Shown in pieces: positions 44,993-55,809 of a DNA stretch of 64,000 bases. The stretch is taken from positions 22,010,001 through 22,074,000 of the forward strand of contig OZ024741.1 of assembly GCA_964016885.1 (NCBI GenBank), written 5' to 3'. The notes under the pieces are model-generated. The model made no database searches and was not told where the DNA came from. It saw nothing but the letters and a program-made list of their open reading frames with translations. The position numbers and the translations under genes were made by a program. The stretch is from Eledone cirrhosa (lineage: Eukaryota). Numbering within the stretch: the stretch's first letter is position 1; each line of letters begins with the position of its first letter.

Positions 44993-45500
44993 CATACGTA
45001 CATATATATGTGTGCGTGTATGTATATATATATACATACTACTGTACGTCTGTATACATATAAGTATGTACGTGTACATACTTATATTTAAGTAACAGCC
45101 GTACTAAGAGTGGGAAATGAAATTTCGTTTCATTTTCTCCTTTTATCGTTTTCGGTGCACCCGGCCGATTAACCCACTCGATATACAAATTGGGCTACTC
45201 AGCCGTTAATATGCATAAGGTAAGTATATACGTTCAACAATCTGGCAGGAAGGTATGCGTTGCTGACGATACCTAATAAGATTGAAACTAGTACAGCGTT
45301 CCTTTGTCAGTGTTGAACAAACGAGCAACGATGGTTGCTGGACACTACGGTTTAATACGGGATGTTTGTTTACAAACACATCAAGCATTATAATAAATGT
45401 TCGGTGAATCCATACGTACATATATATATATGTGCGTGTATGTATATATATATATACTGTACGTCTGTATACATATATGTATGTACGTGTACATACTTAT
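44992..45500. repeat. Unclassified ~510-bp element with ~90-bp terminal direct repeats (period 418 bp)
   Basis: ccatacgtacatatata..tgtgcgtgtatg..actgtacgtctgtatacatat..gtatgtacgtgtacatacttata at 44992 and 45410. Confidence 0.75.
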
Positions 45501-45520
45501 ATATATATATATATATATAA

Positions 45521-46884
45521 TACTTTGATAGGTTTCGGCTAGTATTGGCCCAGGCCACGCGAGTGAGATTTTTGTCGTGGGCACGGGGCCCAAGCCTTGG
45601 ATGAACATTAAAGGTGATGCCAACATCAGTTGGACAAAGCTGATGGAATATTTTCCACATCATGCAGATAATGTAGCGCTCACGGCGACATTGAAGAGAA
45701 TAAAGGTTGAGCTTTTCTAATCGACTCCAATAGTCAAGGCCTGTCATGCCATCTATTTTTTTTTGTAATCGATCTTTGGAGTGCTTCAACTTCCATGATA
45801 CTTTGTTTCGTGTGGGGAGACCACAGTGCATAACAGTATTCAAGGTGGGGTCGGGCAAAGGTGGAGAAGAGAAGGATAACAGTGTGGATATCTCTCGACT
45901 GGGAAGTTATGAGAATCCAGGGACACATTCTGCGGGCCATGTCAACTTTGCTGTTTATATGAGTGGCCCAGCTTATGTTGTTGTCCACAATTACTCCCAG
46001 GTCTCTGATGTTATTGGATGCCACTAGAGTTTCACCCGAAGGAAGAGAGTATGGTAGTTTCAGGGCATCCTTTTTTCCAAAGTGGATTAATTCAAAATTA
46101 TCCCCATTCAACAGCATATTATTCTTTTCTGCCCATTGTATAACAGCCAGTAGGTGTGACTGAAGGCAAGTCCGGTCACTCACCTCATTGATGACCCTTT
46201 GGAGCTTGGAATCATCAGCGAAGATTCTGATGTTGCTGTGCTTGATGATGTCAGTAATGTCATTAATGTAGATGATGAAAAGAAGTGGGCCCAACACAGT
46301 GTCTTCTGGGACGCCACTGCTGACTTTGGCAGGGCTTGATTTTACTCCTTCGACTACAACATGTTGGGCTCTGTCTGTCAGGAAACATTTGATCCACAGT
46401 AGTAACCTTCCAGAGACACCAGCATTGGATAGTTTTTTTCAATAGAATCTTATGATCAACCCTGTCGAAGGCCTTGCTGAGATCAAGGTAGATGACATCA
46501 GTGTTGGAGCCCTCTCCCAAGGCTCACATAAACATCGTCAAAGTGATGCAGGAGCTGCGTTAGGCAGTCTCTTCCATTACGGAACCCATGTTGGTTGGAG
46601 TTCAGCAGGCTGTTACTTTCGAGAAAGTGGGTTATTCGTGATCTCATCGCCCTCTCAAATACCTTGATAATATGAGAGGTAAGTGAGATCGGACGGTGGT
46701 TCACTGCAAGGGACTTATTTCCCTTTTTGAAGACTGGGACAACGGACTGGGACAGAAAGTTTTCAGGAATATCCTCCACAGATTAGCAAGAGATGCAAGT
46801 TGGTGTCGACACACCTTCAGGACACAGGCAGGGAACCTTTCGGGGCCTACTGCTGAATTGTGTTTAATTTCGTTTATTGTCGCT
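45521..46884 (-). mobile_element. CR1-like LINE RT fragment, frameshifted, 5'-truncated, with an internal deletion before the 3' tail
   Basis: VVPVFKKGNK..NHRPISLTS, QHGFRNGRDCLTQLL, IYLDLSKAFDRVDH, LGPLLFIIYINDI, IFADDSKL, RDLGVIVD, RPHLEYCYALWSP and LNLYSLQCRRER across several frames. The terminal 40 bp match 48424-48461. Flanked by (TA)n. Confidence 0.92.
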
Positions 46885-47017
46885 ATATATATATATAATA
46901 TATAATATATATTATATATATATATATAATGTATATATATATATATATTTATAAAAATAACAGATTTGGATTTTAGTCTTCAAATTTATTATTATTACTA
47001 TACATATATATAATATA

Positions 47018-47200
47018 ATTGTTTCTACTTTAGGCACAAGGCCAGCAATTACCCAGTACATTACTGGTACTTTATTTTATCGACCCCGTAAAGATGAAAG
47101 GCAAAGTTAACCTCGGCGGGATTTGAACTCAGATTGTAAAGGGACGTAACTATGCTAGAAAGTATGGCGTCCAACTCTCTACCGATACTGCCAATTCACC
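47018..47200 (-). mobile_element. tRNA-derived SINE (short-tail variant)
   Basis: Same core as 17035; B-box gagttcaaatccc on the minus strand. Confidence 0.85.
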
Positions 47201-47275
47201 TTGATCAGAGACAAACACTGTATTTAAGGTCGAGTGTCGCAACTTCGAGAGATTAGCGGCCTTTAGACTCACCTG

Positions 47276-47325
<50 letters not shown>

Positions 47326-47358
47326 CATATATATATATATATATACACACACTCAGGC

Positions 47359-47967
47359 TGGAAATTCTCTGAATTTCCAATCTTTTGTAGATGGAAACCG
47401 CCGGTAATAGCATTATGAACAGGTAGATATTTAAATCATTTTTTAATTTATTTAAAGGATTGTTTCATGTTTGTTTGTTCTGCTCATCAATTTTTATAGT
47501 TCTGGTATCTCGAATTAGTACCATAGAACAACAATTATATAATAGACACCCTATATATCTCTATGGGTACTTAGTACTCAGTGAGATATTTACCTCATTT
47601 TTATACATTCTCCAATCTATGTAAAGAAAAAATTCGTTGTTGCTTACTGCTATTTTTTTAGCAGCCAAGCCATCAACAAGTCTGTAATATTCCCGCTTGC
47701 ACTAGCGGCCGGGTCACGTGTGCGTCACTTTAACGGCCATAACTCATACGAGCTGGTAGTTGGCATTATATTTGCGGACCGTGGGACGCATGTCCTATAA
47801 AAAGGAAATAGCTATCTGATGAAATCTACTTTCCGTTGGAAATTCTCTGAATTTCCAATCTTTTGTAGATGGAAACCGCCGGTAATAGCATTATGAACAG
47901 GTAGATATTTAAATCATTTTTTAATTTATTTAAAGGATTGTTTATTGTTTGTTTGTTCTGCTCATCA

Positions 47968-47971
<4 letters not shown>
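47359..47971 (+). mobile_element. Non-coding partial-tandem element (478-bp unit + 135-bp repeat) carrying a hammerhead motif; PLE pseudo-LTR- or retrozyme-like
   Basis: 47359-47493 is nearly identical to 47837-47971; both sides abut (TA)n/(CA)n; no ORF. Confidence 0.75.
47811..47889 (+). ncRNA. Putative type-I hammerhead ribozyme
   Basis: Stem I GCTAT/ATAGC; CTGATGA (47816-22); stem II ATCTAC/GTAGAT plus TTGGAAATTC/GAATTTCCAA; GAAA (47872-75); stem III CC-GCC-GG; GUA (47882-84). Confidence 0.78.
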
Positions 47972-48006
<35 letters not shown>

Positions 48007-48423
48007 CGGTCATTCGATGCGTGAAGGAGCAGCTTAGCAGACACGTTTTTAACTGCGGTAAGAATTTTTTCTTATAGCAAAGTTTAATGGGCTTCCACTG
48101 AAGATTTATAAGTGCCCACCTAAATATATTCTTACATGAATATATGTTAGGCTTCTACATAAACTGGAAACATTCTCCCAATTTGTAGAAAACTTATAAT
48201 GAAACAATTGTTTGGAAAGAGAGATATATTTTAACTTTAATTATATCTCATAAAATAATACAACTGGCTTTCCACAAAATACATACAGTTAGCACCCCAA
48301 ACACTTAAATTGGGTTCATACTAACATATAACCTAATGTTTGTTGAGTGAGATGGTTACCAGTCGGAGTTTAGCTTAAAGCTATCTCTGTTATTGTATTA
48401 AATATATATATATATATAATGTA

Positions 48424-48592
48424 TACTTTGATAGGTTTCGGCCACTATTGGCCCAGGCCATGTCTAACTTAATAGCACCACCTGGCGAAATCTTACAAAT
48501 CAGGGTTTGGGCACCATGGCCCACTCGAGCAGAGAGTTATTGTTTACGGAGGTATATCCGGGTGTAGGAGGCTTATCCGGGATTTCTTGAAT
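48424..48592 (-). mobile_element. CR1-like LINE extreme 3' end
   Basis: Minus strand translates QEIPDKPPTPGYTSVNNNSLLEWA, then a 3' UTR with the hairpin GGCCA-ATAG-TGGCC and gaaacctatcaaagtat; flanked by the possible TSD tataatgtata. Confidence 0.7.
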
Positions 48593-48627
48593 ATAATATA
48601 ATGTATATATATAATATATATAATATA

Positions 48628-48746
48628 ATTATTTCTACTTTTGGCACAAGGCCAGCAATTATCCCAGTACATTACTGGTACTTTATTTTATCGACCCCGT
48701 AAGGATGAAAGGCAAAGTTAACCTCGGCGGGATTTGAACTCAGATC
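48628..48746 (-). mobile_element. 5'-truncated SINE
   Basis: Same core as 47018; atataatatataat on both sides (TSD-like). Confidence 0.85.
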
Positions 48747-49098
48747 ATATAATATATAATATATATCATCTGCTTCTGCCGCCTCCTCCACTCCATCACC
48801 ACAACGTCACCACCACCACCACAAAGGTCACCACCACCACCACCACCACCACTGTTATTCTAAGCTATATTAGCCAGACTTGTTTGTCTGTATTCGCTCA
48901 TTCATTCAAACTCCAGCGTATTTTTTATAAAAGAAACCTCTTATCACTCATCTACTCATTCATCCCCCCTCTCTAACTCTCACCCCCTGTCTCTCTCTCG
49001 CTCCCCCTTTCTCTTTATCTCTCCATCTTTCTATCTATCTATTTATCTATCTATCTTTGTATCTCTACCCTATCTATCTATCTATCTATCTATCTACC

Positions 49099-49974
49099 TA
49101 AGCGAAGACCGAAAATGGGCGCCTGGCACCTCGAGTGCCTTCAGGCGCTCACAGCCCTCTGCCAAGCGGAAACGGCAATCAACGGAGACTCCACTTCTAC
49201 ATTCTATAGGGGATTAGTGGAGGATAAGTGCGACGGCGTTCTCGGGGGAACTCTAGGCATCGAGGAGGACGAACTGACCAGTGTGTTCGAGAGGACTTTC
49301 CGTCCAGGGCCGATGGATAACTTCCAGAGGTCTCTGGCCTGGCAGTGCTACCGAGGAGCTCTACCAGTTTGAGACAAAATCTACAGGCACGGACGCCCTG
49401 GCAGAGATCCTGCCAAAAGAACCTGTCCAAGATGCGAGCAGGACATCGAAACCGTTCTGCACGCAATTGTTCAGTGCCCAGGAGTGACCGACCTGTGGAA
49501 TTATGTCGAACAGCTGCTGTCACGTGTGGGACGCATCCACTTGTCAGCCGAGTCCATCGTGAGGATCACTCCGTCGCCTTCATTTAAGAATGAAGGAGAA
49601 GCGGTCTTCCTCTGTCTGGTGGCTATGGTGAAAGAGGTAATATGGTGGACGAGGTTAAAAGGACTGAGGGCAAACACCTTTCTCTCCGGACAACAACTCA
49701 TCCCCTTCTTTAAGTACCACTTCAGAAGGAAGGTGAGAGTGGAGAGGTGCTACACCGCAGTAAATTCGCTGAAAGGTGGGTGAATGTGGCGAAAATGGCC
49801 ACATTCTGTAGGTTGAGGAAGATAAACAGAGGGAAGACGGGAAAACGTGTTCCTGGTGTTCAGGGTTGTTCTATCCACGGGGTGTAAAACAACCGTTAAA
49901 GATTTTATGTAAAACCCCCGCCGTCACGTCTTGTAATCTCCCATTTTTGTACACCCCTGTGGCAAATAAAGAAA
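49099..49974 (+). mobile_element. L1/Tx1-like LINE 3' fragment with zf-RVT-like region, degenerate
   Basis: GAWHLECLQAL..GPMDNFQRSLAWQCYRGALPV..CPRC..ETVLHAIVQC..LWNYVEQLLSRVG..WWTRLKG; ends cccctgtggcaaataaagaaa; (TATC)n on both flanks. Confidence 0.9.
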
Positions 49975-50087
49975 TCTATCTATCATGTCTATTTACTTAT
50001 AACAATTACAATCCTTCCCAAAGCTGTCACCCCACTATAATCACTGGTATTACAATATAAAACATCACAGTCCTTTATACGGTACTG

Positions 50088-50770
50088 TCATTATCATCAT
50101 CATCATGATCTTCATCGTCATTATCATCATAAGTGTTAAAACCATCGCAACAACAACAACAACAATAACAACAATAACAATAACAACAATAACAACAGCA
50201 ACAATAACAACAATATCAACAACAACAACAATATCAACAACAACATCAACAATATCAACAAAAACAACAACAACAACAACAACATCAACAACAGCAACAA
50301 CAACAATAGCAACCACAAAAACAACAACAACAATAATAAGGAGACTAACTGAAAATAAGTTGGTAAAACCACCACCTCCACCACCACTATCATCAACACT
50401 ACCACCACCACCACCACAACCACTATCACCACCACCACCTCCACCACCACCACTATCATCAACACAACCACCACCTCCACCATCATCAACACTACCACCA
50501 CCACCACCATCACCACCACTATCATCAACACTACCACCACCACAACCACCACCACTATCATCAACACTACCACCTCCACCACCACTATCATCGCCACTAT
50601 TATCACCACCACCACTATCATCAACCACCACCACTATCATCAACACTACCACCTCCACCACCACCACCACCGCCACTATTATCACCACCACCACCACCAC
50701 CATCATTAACCTTATCATCACAACAATTATAACAACAGTAGCAACAGCAGCCACAACAACAACAACTGTG
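50088..50770. repeat. Patchwork of (ATC)n, (AAC)n and (ACC)n triplet repeats
   Basis: Direct reading. Confidence 0.9.
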
Positions 50771-50924
50771 AAGTGAAAACATTAGACACAGCAGCAGACA
50801 CCGTCAATAGAATTATCAGATAGAACAACAACAACTACAATGTGGGTCGTGCTTAATCTTCCAACGCACTCACCGTTCTGGGGTTACTACAACAATAACA
50901 ACAACAATAACAACAGTAACAGTG

Positions 50925-51360
50925 GACAAGCGAGGGAGCTTCTATGTGGTCGTTGCTAGAAATAGCAGACAAGTTCCCCTAATACAATAAAGTTAAGAAC
51001 AATAACAACAACAGTAACAGTAATAACGAACCAGCGAGGGAGCTTCTACGTGGTCTTTTATCTACTTGCTAGAAATAGCAGGCAAATTCCTCTCATACAT
51101 CACAGTTAAGAAGAACAACAACAGTAATAACGAATCAGTGAGGGAGTTTTTAAGTGGTCATTCGGTCGACCTGCTAGAAATAGCAGGCAAATTTCATTAA
51201 TGTCACACTATAACCAAACAGCGAGGAAGTTTCTAAGTGGTTGTTAGCTCGACCTGCTAGAAATAGTAGGAAAATTGCCTAATACCTCACAGTCAAGGCG
51301 TCTTAAAAAAAGAAAAAAGGTTGAGATGGTCATGGTTGGAACATCTTTAATCATATGTCT
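50925..51360 (+). repeat. Four diverged tandem copies (~90-105 bp) of a dispersed repeat segment
   Basis: agcgagggagcttcta.gtggtc..cgacctgctagaaatagcaggcaaatt at ~50929, 51033, 51137 and 51220; related copies at ~55735 (+) and ~60400-60560 (-). Confidence 0.75.
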
Positions 51361-51419
51361 GCACTGCCTGTGATTTCGTAAATACTAAACAACACAACAC
51401 ACCCTGCAACAGCACTAGA

Positions 51420-51800
51420 AAAACATCAACACTACCAACAATACCAGCACCAGAACCACTATCACGGGTACTACCATCACCACCACCACCAACAACAACC
51501 ACCACCGCTACCATCAGTACCACCACCATCAGTAACACCACCACAACAACCACCATCAGTAACACCACCACAACCACCACCATCAGTAACACCACCACAA
51601 CCACCACCGTTACCATCAGTACCACCACCACAACCACCACCATCAGTAACACCACCACAACCACCACCGCTACCATCAGTACCACCACCACAACCACCAC
51701 CGCTACCATCAGTACCACCACCACAACCACCACCGCTACCATCAGTACCACCACCACAACCACCACCGCTACCATCAGTAACACCACCACCATCATCACA
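51420..51800. repeat. ACC-rich minisatellite (~27-33 bp, ACCACCACCACAACCACCACCGCTACCATCAGT)
   Basis: Direct reading. Confidence 0.85.
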
Positions 51801-51939
51801 TCCACAATATCTCCAAACGAAAAGTTAACTTCGGCGAGATTTGAACTAAATACCACAGGCTCTTTTTAAATTATTTTATTGTTTTTATTGCTATCGCTCC
51901 AAAGATTCGATTGTTAATCGATACATAGGATATCATGAA

Positions 51940-52385
51940 ACTTCAAATTTAAGGTCTGGATATAAGTAGATTAAATCGATCCCAGTAATTGACTAGAATT
52001 TCCCGGAAAGATGAAAGTCAAAGTTGGCCTCGACGAGATTTGAACACAGAACATAAAGGGCTGCGACTATATACTGCAAGTCATTCTTCTTCTTCTCTCC
52101 CATCCCTCTCGCTGTATCTCTCTCTGTAAGTGTGTGCGATGCTCTCACGACTTTGCTTCACATCCTTTCACTAATAACAACAGTTTCTTATTTGGGGAGA
52201 TGTGTTAGTGCGACGCTCTCCCAATTTTGCCTCAGATCCTTACACTAATAATTATTTTTTGATTTGGGGAGAAGTATTAGTCGATTATACCAACCTTAGT
52301 ACTTGACTAATATTTCATTTTATTGAATCCGGACGGATAAATACAAAGTTGATATCGGCGGGATTTGAACATCGAATGTAAAACC
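51940..52385 (-). mobile_element. Two or more old SINE remnants
   Basis: gatgaaagtcaaagttggcctcgacgagatttgaacacaga (~52010) and aaagttgatatcggcgggatttgaac (~52345) match the SINE core. Confidence 0.65.
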
Positions 52386-52419
52386 TTCATTGCCTAAGTT
52401 TCATCAACATACTTGTATA

Positions 52420-52818
52420 AATATATAATAGTATAATACTTACATATAATAGTATAATACTTACATATAATAATATAATACTTACATATAATAGTATAAT
52501 ACTTACATATAATAATATAATACTTACATATAATAATATAATAATATAATACTTACATATAATAATATAATACTTACATATAATAGTATAATACTTACAT
52601 ATAATAGTATAATACTTACATATAATAGTATAATACTTACATATAATAGTATAATACTTACATATAATAGTATAATACTTACATATAATAGTATAATACT
52701 TACATATAATAGTATAATACTTACATATAATAATATAATACTTACATATAATAGTATAATACTTACATATAATAATATAATACTTACATATAATAGTATA
52801 ATACTTACATATAATAAT
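52420..52818. repeat. 21-bp minisatellite TACTTACATATAATA(G/A)TATAA
   Basis: About 19 near-identical units. Confidence 0.95.
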
Positions 52819-53095
52819 GCTTTCTTTATTAACCACAAGGGTTGACACAAAGTATAACATTAAGAACAACACAGGACAAATAATATAATACATATTATAA
52901 TAATATAATACATATACTAATATAATACTTACATATAATAATATAATACAGAACGAAAACAAACACAAACGATATATACAAATATAAAGACGTAAAAGAT
53001 TAAAAAACATGAAAAAAGTTTGGAGCAGCAAGCGCCAAGCATTTTGTCCAAAGTTTTACTGATTCTACCAACCCATCGCCCTCAACCCTTAGGCT
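52819..53095 (-). mobile_element. Possible L1/Tx1-like 3' tail remnant
   Basis: Minus strand ends tgtgtcaacccttgtggttaataaagaaa, like the cccctgtggcaaataaagaaa end of the Tx1-like copies; weak LRVE..VKLW similarity upstream. Confidence 0.4.
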
Positions 53096-53197
53096 ATCAA
53101 CAACAACAACATTAACGAGAATAATATTACTACTACTACTAGTAGTAGTAGTAAGAAGGAGTACATAAGAAGTAGAGGAGAGAAACATATTCACCGT

Positions 53198-53423
53198 ATG
53201 AACACAAGTGTACCACTGGCGTCATCACTACCGCCGCTGCCACCATCAGCTACATCAACATCGTCACGTCTGTTGCGGTCATCTCATGGGATGCAGAAGA
53301 AAGGTGTTGTTACCACTATGGACGATGCATTACCGCCACCACACAGTCATAGTCATGGACACAGTCACAGCAGTAAGGAAGTTAACCTTATTGTCCTGGG
53401 GAGCCCAGGGGTTGGAAAGTCAG
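53198..53423 (+). CDS. Probable first coding exon of a Ras-superfamily small GTPase (RERG/RASL11/RASL12-like)
   Basis: ATG-initiated frame ends EVNLIVLGSPGVGKS (beta1 + P-loop GxxxxGKS), followed directly by a consensus phase-1 donor CAG|GTGAGT (53424). It resembles RASL12 EVNLAILGRRGAGKSA and RERG EVKLAIFGRAGVGKSA. No downstream exon was recognised in the window. Confidence 0.75.
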
Positions 53424-53489
53424 GTGAGTAAATAAACAAATCTTTTTTTTTAATTTTAAAACCACTTCTTTACCTCTCTTGTCCCCCCC

Positions 53490-53840
53490 CCCCACTACTA
53501 CTACTACTACTACTACTTCTTCTACTACTACTACTACAACAATTACTACTACTACTACTTCTTCTAATACTACTACTACAACAATTACTACTACTACTAT
53601 TACTACTACAACAATTACTACTACTACTACAACAATTACTACTACTTCTACAACAACAATTACAACTACTATTACTACAACTACTACTACAATTACTACT
53701 ACCTCAACAACAACAACTACTACTACTAACTACAATTACTACTACCTCAACTACTACAACAACAAATATTACTACCTCAACAACTACTACTACAATAACA
53801 ATTACTCTACTACTACAACAACAACTACTACTACTACTGG
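53490..53840. repeat. (ACT)n/(ACA)n microsatellite in the putative intron
   Basis: Direct reading. Confidence 0.9.
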
Positions 53841-54273
53841 CATCTTACAGCTCTCTTAACTTCCACTCCTTGCTTCAGAAGCTAACGAGAACCCTTCCTT
53901 CTTCAACGTGGTTGCTCACACCTTTCTAGAAATAGTAACCAATTCTCCCCCCCCCCCCACACGCACGCACACACACACTTACACGCACACATATTCACAC
54001 ACAAACGCACACATACACATATATATTTGTATTGGTGCTCCGACATAACTTACATTTACGTATTGTATGTTGAATAATATAATTTTCAAAAACATCCTCT
54101 TTATTATTCAATATACAATATATATATATATATGGAAAGTTATATTTAAAATTGTTGGGTTACAACTAGTAAATATTTATAACTGATATAAAAGCACTCG
54201 ACAAATATTTGGATGTTATAACGGTGTTATAACGGTATGTCGAATCTATTTATCTATAAAACTGTTTATATTG

Positions 54274-54339
54274 TATTTTGTCTGAGGAAGGCATAGCATA
54301 TTGTTAATATGATATCCCCGAAATATATATAATGAAATA
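54274..54339 (+). ncRNA. Putative minimal type-I hammerhead ribozyme, degenerate
   Basis: Stem I TATTTTGT/ATGAAATA (two G-U pairs); CTGAGGA (54282-88); stem II AGGCATAGCATATT-GTT-AATATGATATCCCC; GAAA (54320-23); palindromic TATATA; UA. It lies in a ~250-bp segment bounded by (TA)n. Confidence 0.55.
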
Positions 54340-54376
54340 AATATGGTTTTATAAATATAGTTTCCATTTATTTAAT

Positions 54377-54379
<3 letters not shown>

Positions 54380-54441
<62 letters not shown>

Positions 54442-54538
54442 GTATGTATGTATGTATGCATGTGTGTATGTATGCATGTGTATGTATGCATGTGTGTATG
54501 TATGCATGTGTGTATGTGTGTATATATATATGTATGTG
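54380..54538. repeat. (TA)n/(TATG)n microsatellite
   Basis: Direct reading; a similar tract lies at 55135-55330. Confidence 0.9.
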
Positions 54539-54814
54539 TCAACGGCCATCCAAAAGTGTGTAAATATGTATATAGACATGTACCGCGCAGTTAAACCACT
54601 GGGAGTGAAGGACCCCTAGCCTTTGTCAGGGCATTCTTCTAGGAGAAGGCAACTCAGGAAACTGGGATAACTCTGACATAAAATTGCGGCTCAGTAGTTA
54701 CCGATTATGTTGATCTTTTCTTCTTTTCGAGTTATAGCTACTGTCAGAGAGTGGGATTGGCTCAGTGCACAGTCTTTCCTCACTTTAAAAAAGATCTTCA
54801 CGCCCAGGCATTGC

Positions 54815-55071
54815 ACGATAGAATTAATTAATTGTTTCTACTTGAGGCACAAGGCCAGCAATTATTATCCAGTGTATTACTGGTACTTTATTTTATCGAC
54901 CCCGTAAGGATGAAAGGCAAAGTTAACCTCGGCGGGATTTGAACACGATAGAATTAATTAATTGTTTCTACTTTTGGCACAAGGCCAGCAATTACTCCAG
55001 TGCATTACTGGTACTTTATTTTATCGACCCCGTAAGGATGAAAGGCAAAGTTAACGATAGAATTAATTAAT
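54815..55071 (-). mobile_element. Two 5'-truncated SINE copies in tandem, delimited by three copies of an 18-bp target
   Basis: ACGATAGAATTAATTAAT at 54815, 54945 and 55054. Confidence 0.88.
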
Positions 55072-55809
55072 GATTATTAATAATGGTATATCATGCAATG
55101 GCCATACTCGATAACGAGGGGGCAGCCATCATCATGTATGTATGTATATATGTGTGTATGTATGTGTGTATGTGTGTATGTATGCATGTGTGTATGTGTG
55201 TATGTATATATGTGTGTATGTATGTATGTATGTGTGTATGCATGTGTGTATGTGTGTATGTATATATATGTGTGTATGTATGTGTATGTATGTATGTATG
55301 TATGTGTGTGTGTGTGTGCGTGTGTATGTATAATGAAGGCTAGTATAACACAATTTATATTCTGTTTGAAATAAATAAACTGGATGGTCATGGTTAGAAT
55401 ACCTTTCATCAGAAACACGAAGGCGATACCCCAGCATGGCCACAGTTCAATGAATGAAACTGGTAAAATAATTTTTTTTAAAAGTCAGTTTGCTTGTGTA
55501 GATAACCTGATGTTGCTTTACTTATGACTTATCACTACCACCACTAACACCACCACAACTACTACTGCTCTTACCATCACTACTACTACTACTACTACTA
55601 CAACTACAACAACAACTACTACTACTACTACTACTACTACTAGTCTATCTCACACAGAATCACATCTCATCTGTCAGAAAGACTTACTCTGCCAGAATTC
55701 CACTCACTTTGTGATTACCTTTCATAACTAACAAGGGAGGGAGTCTTTATACATGGTCACTCGACATGCTAGAAATAAATGCCAAATTTCTCTTAAACTA
55801 CATATAATA

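Noticed and set aside
48424-48461. Minus-strand GGCCA-ATAG-TGGCC-GAAAC resembling a hammerhead stem II
   Set aside because: No CUGANGA; explained as the CR1 3'-terminal hairpin shared with 45521.
50065-50776. Mucin- or extensin-like Thr/Pro ORF (also 51347-51856 and 53479-53859)
   Set aside because: Triplet microsatellite patchwork that is open in several frames on both strands.
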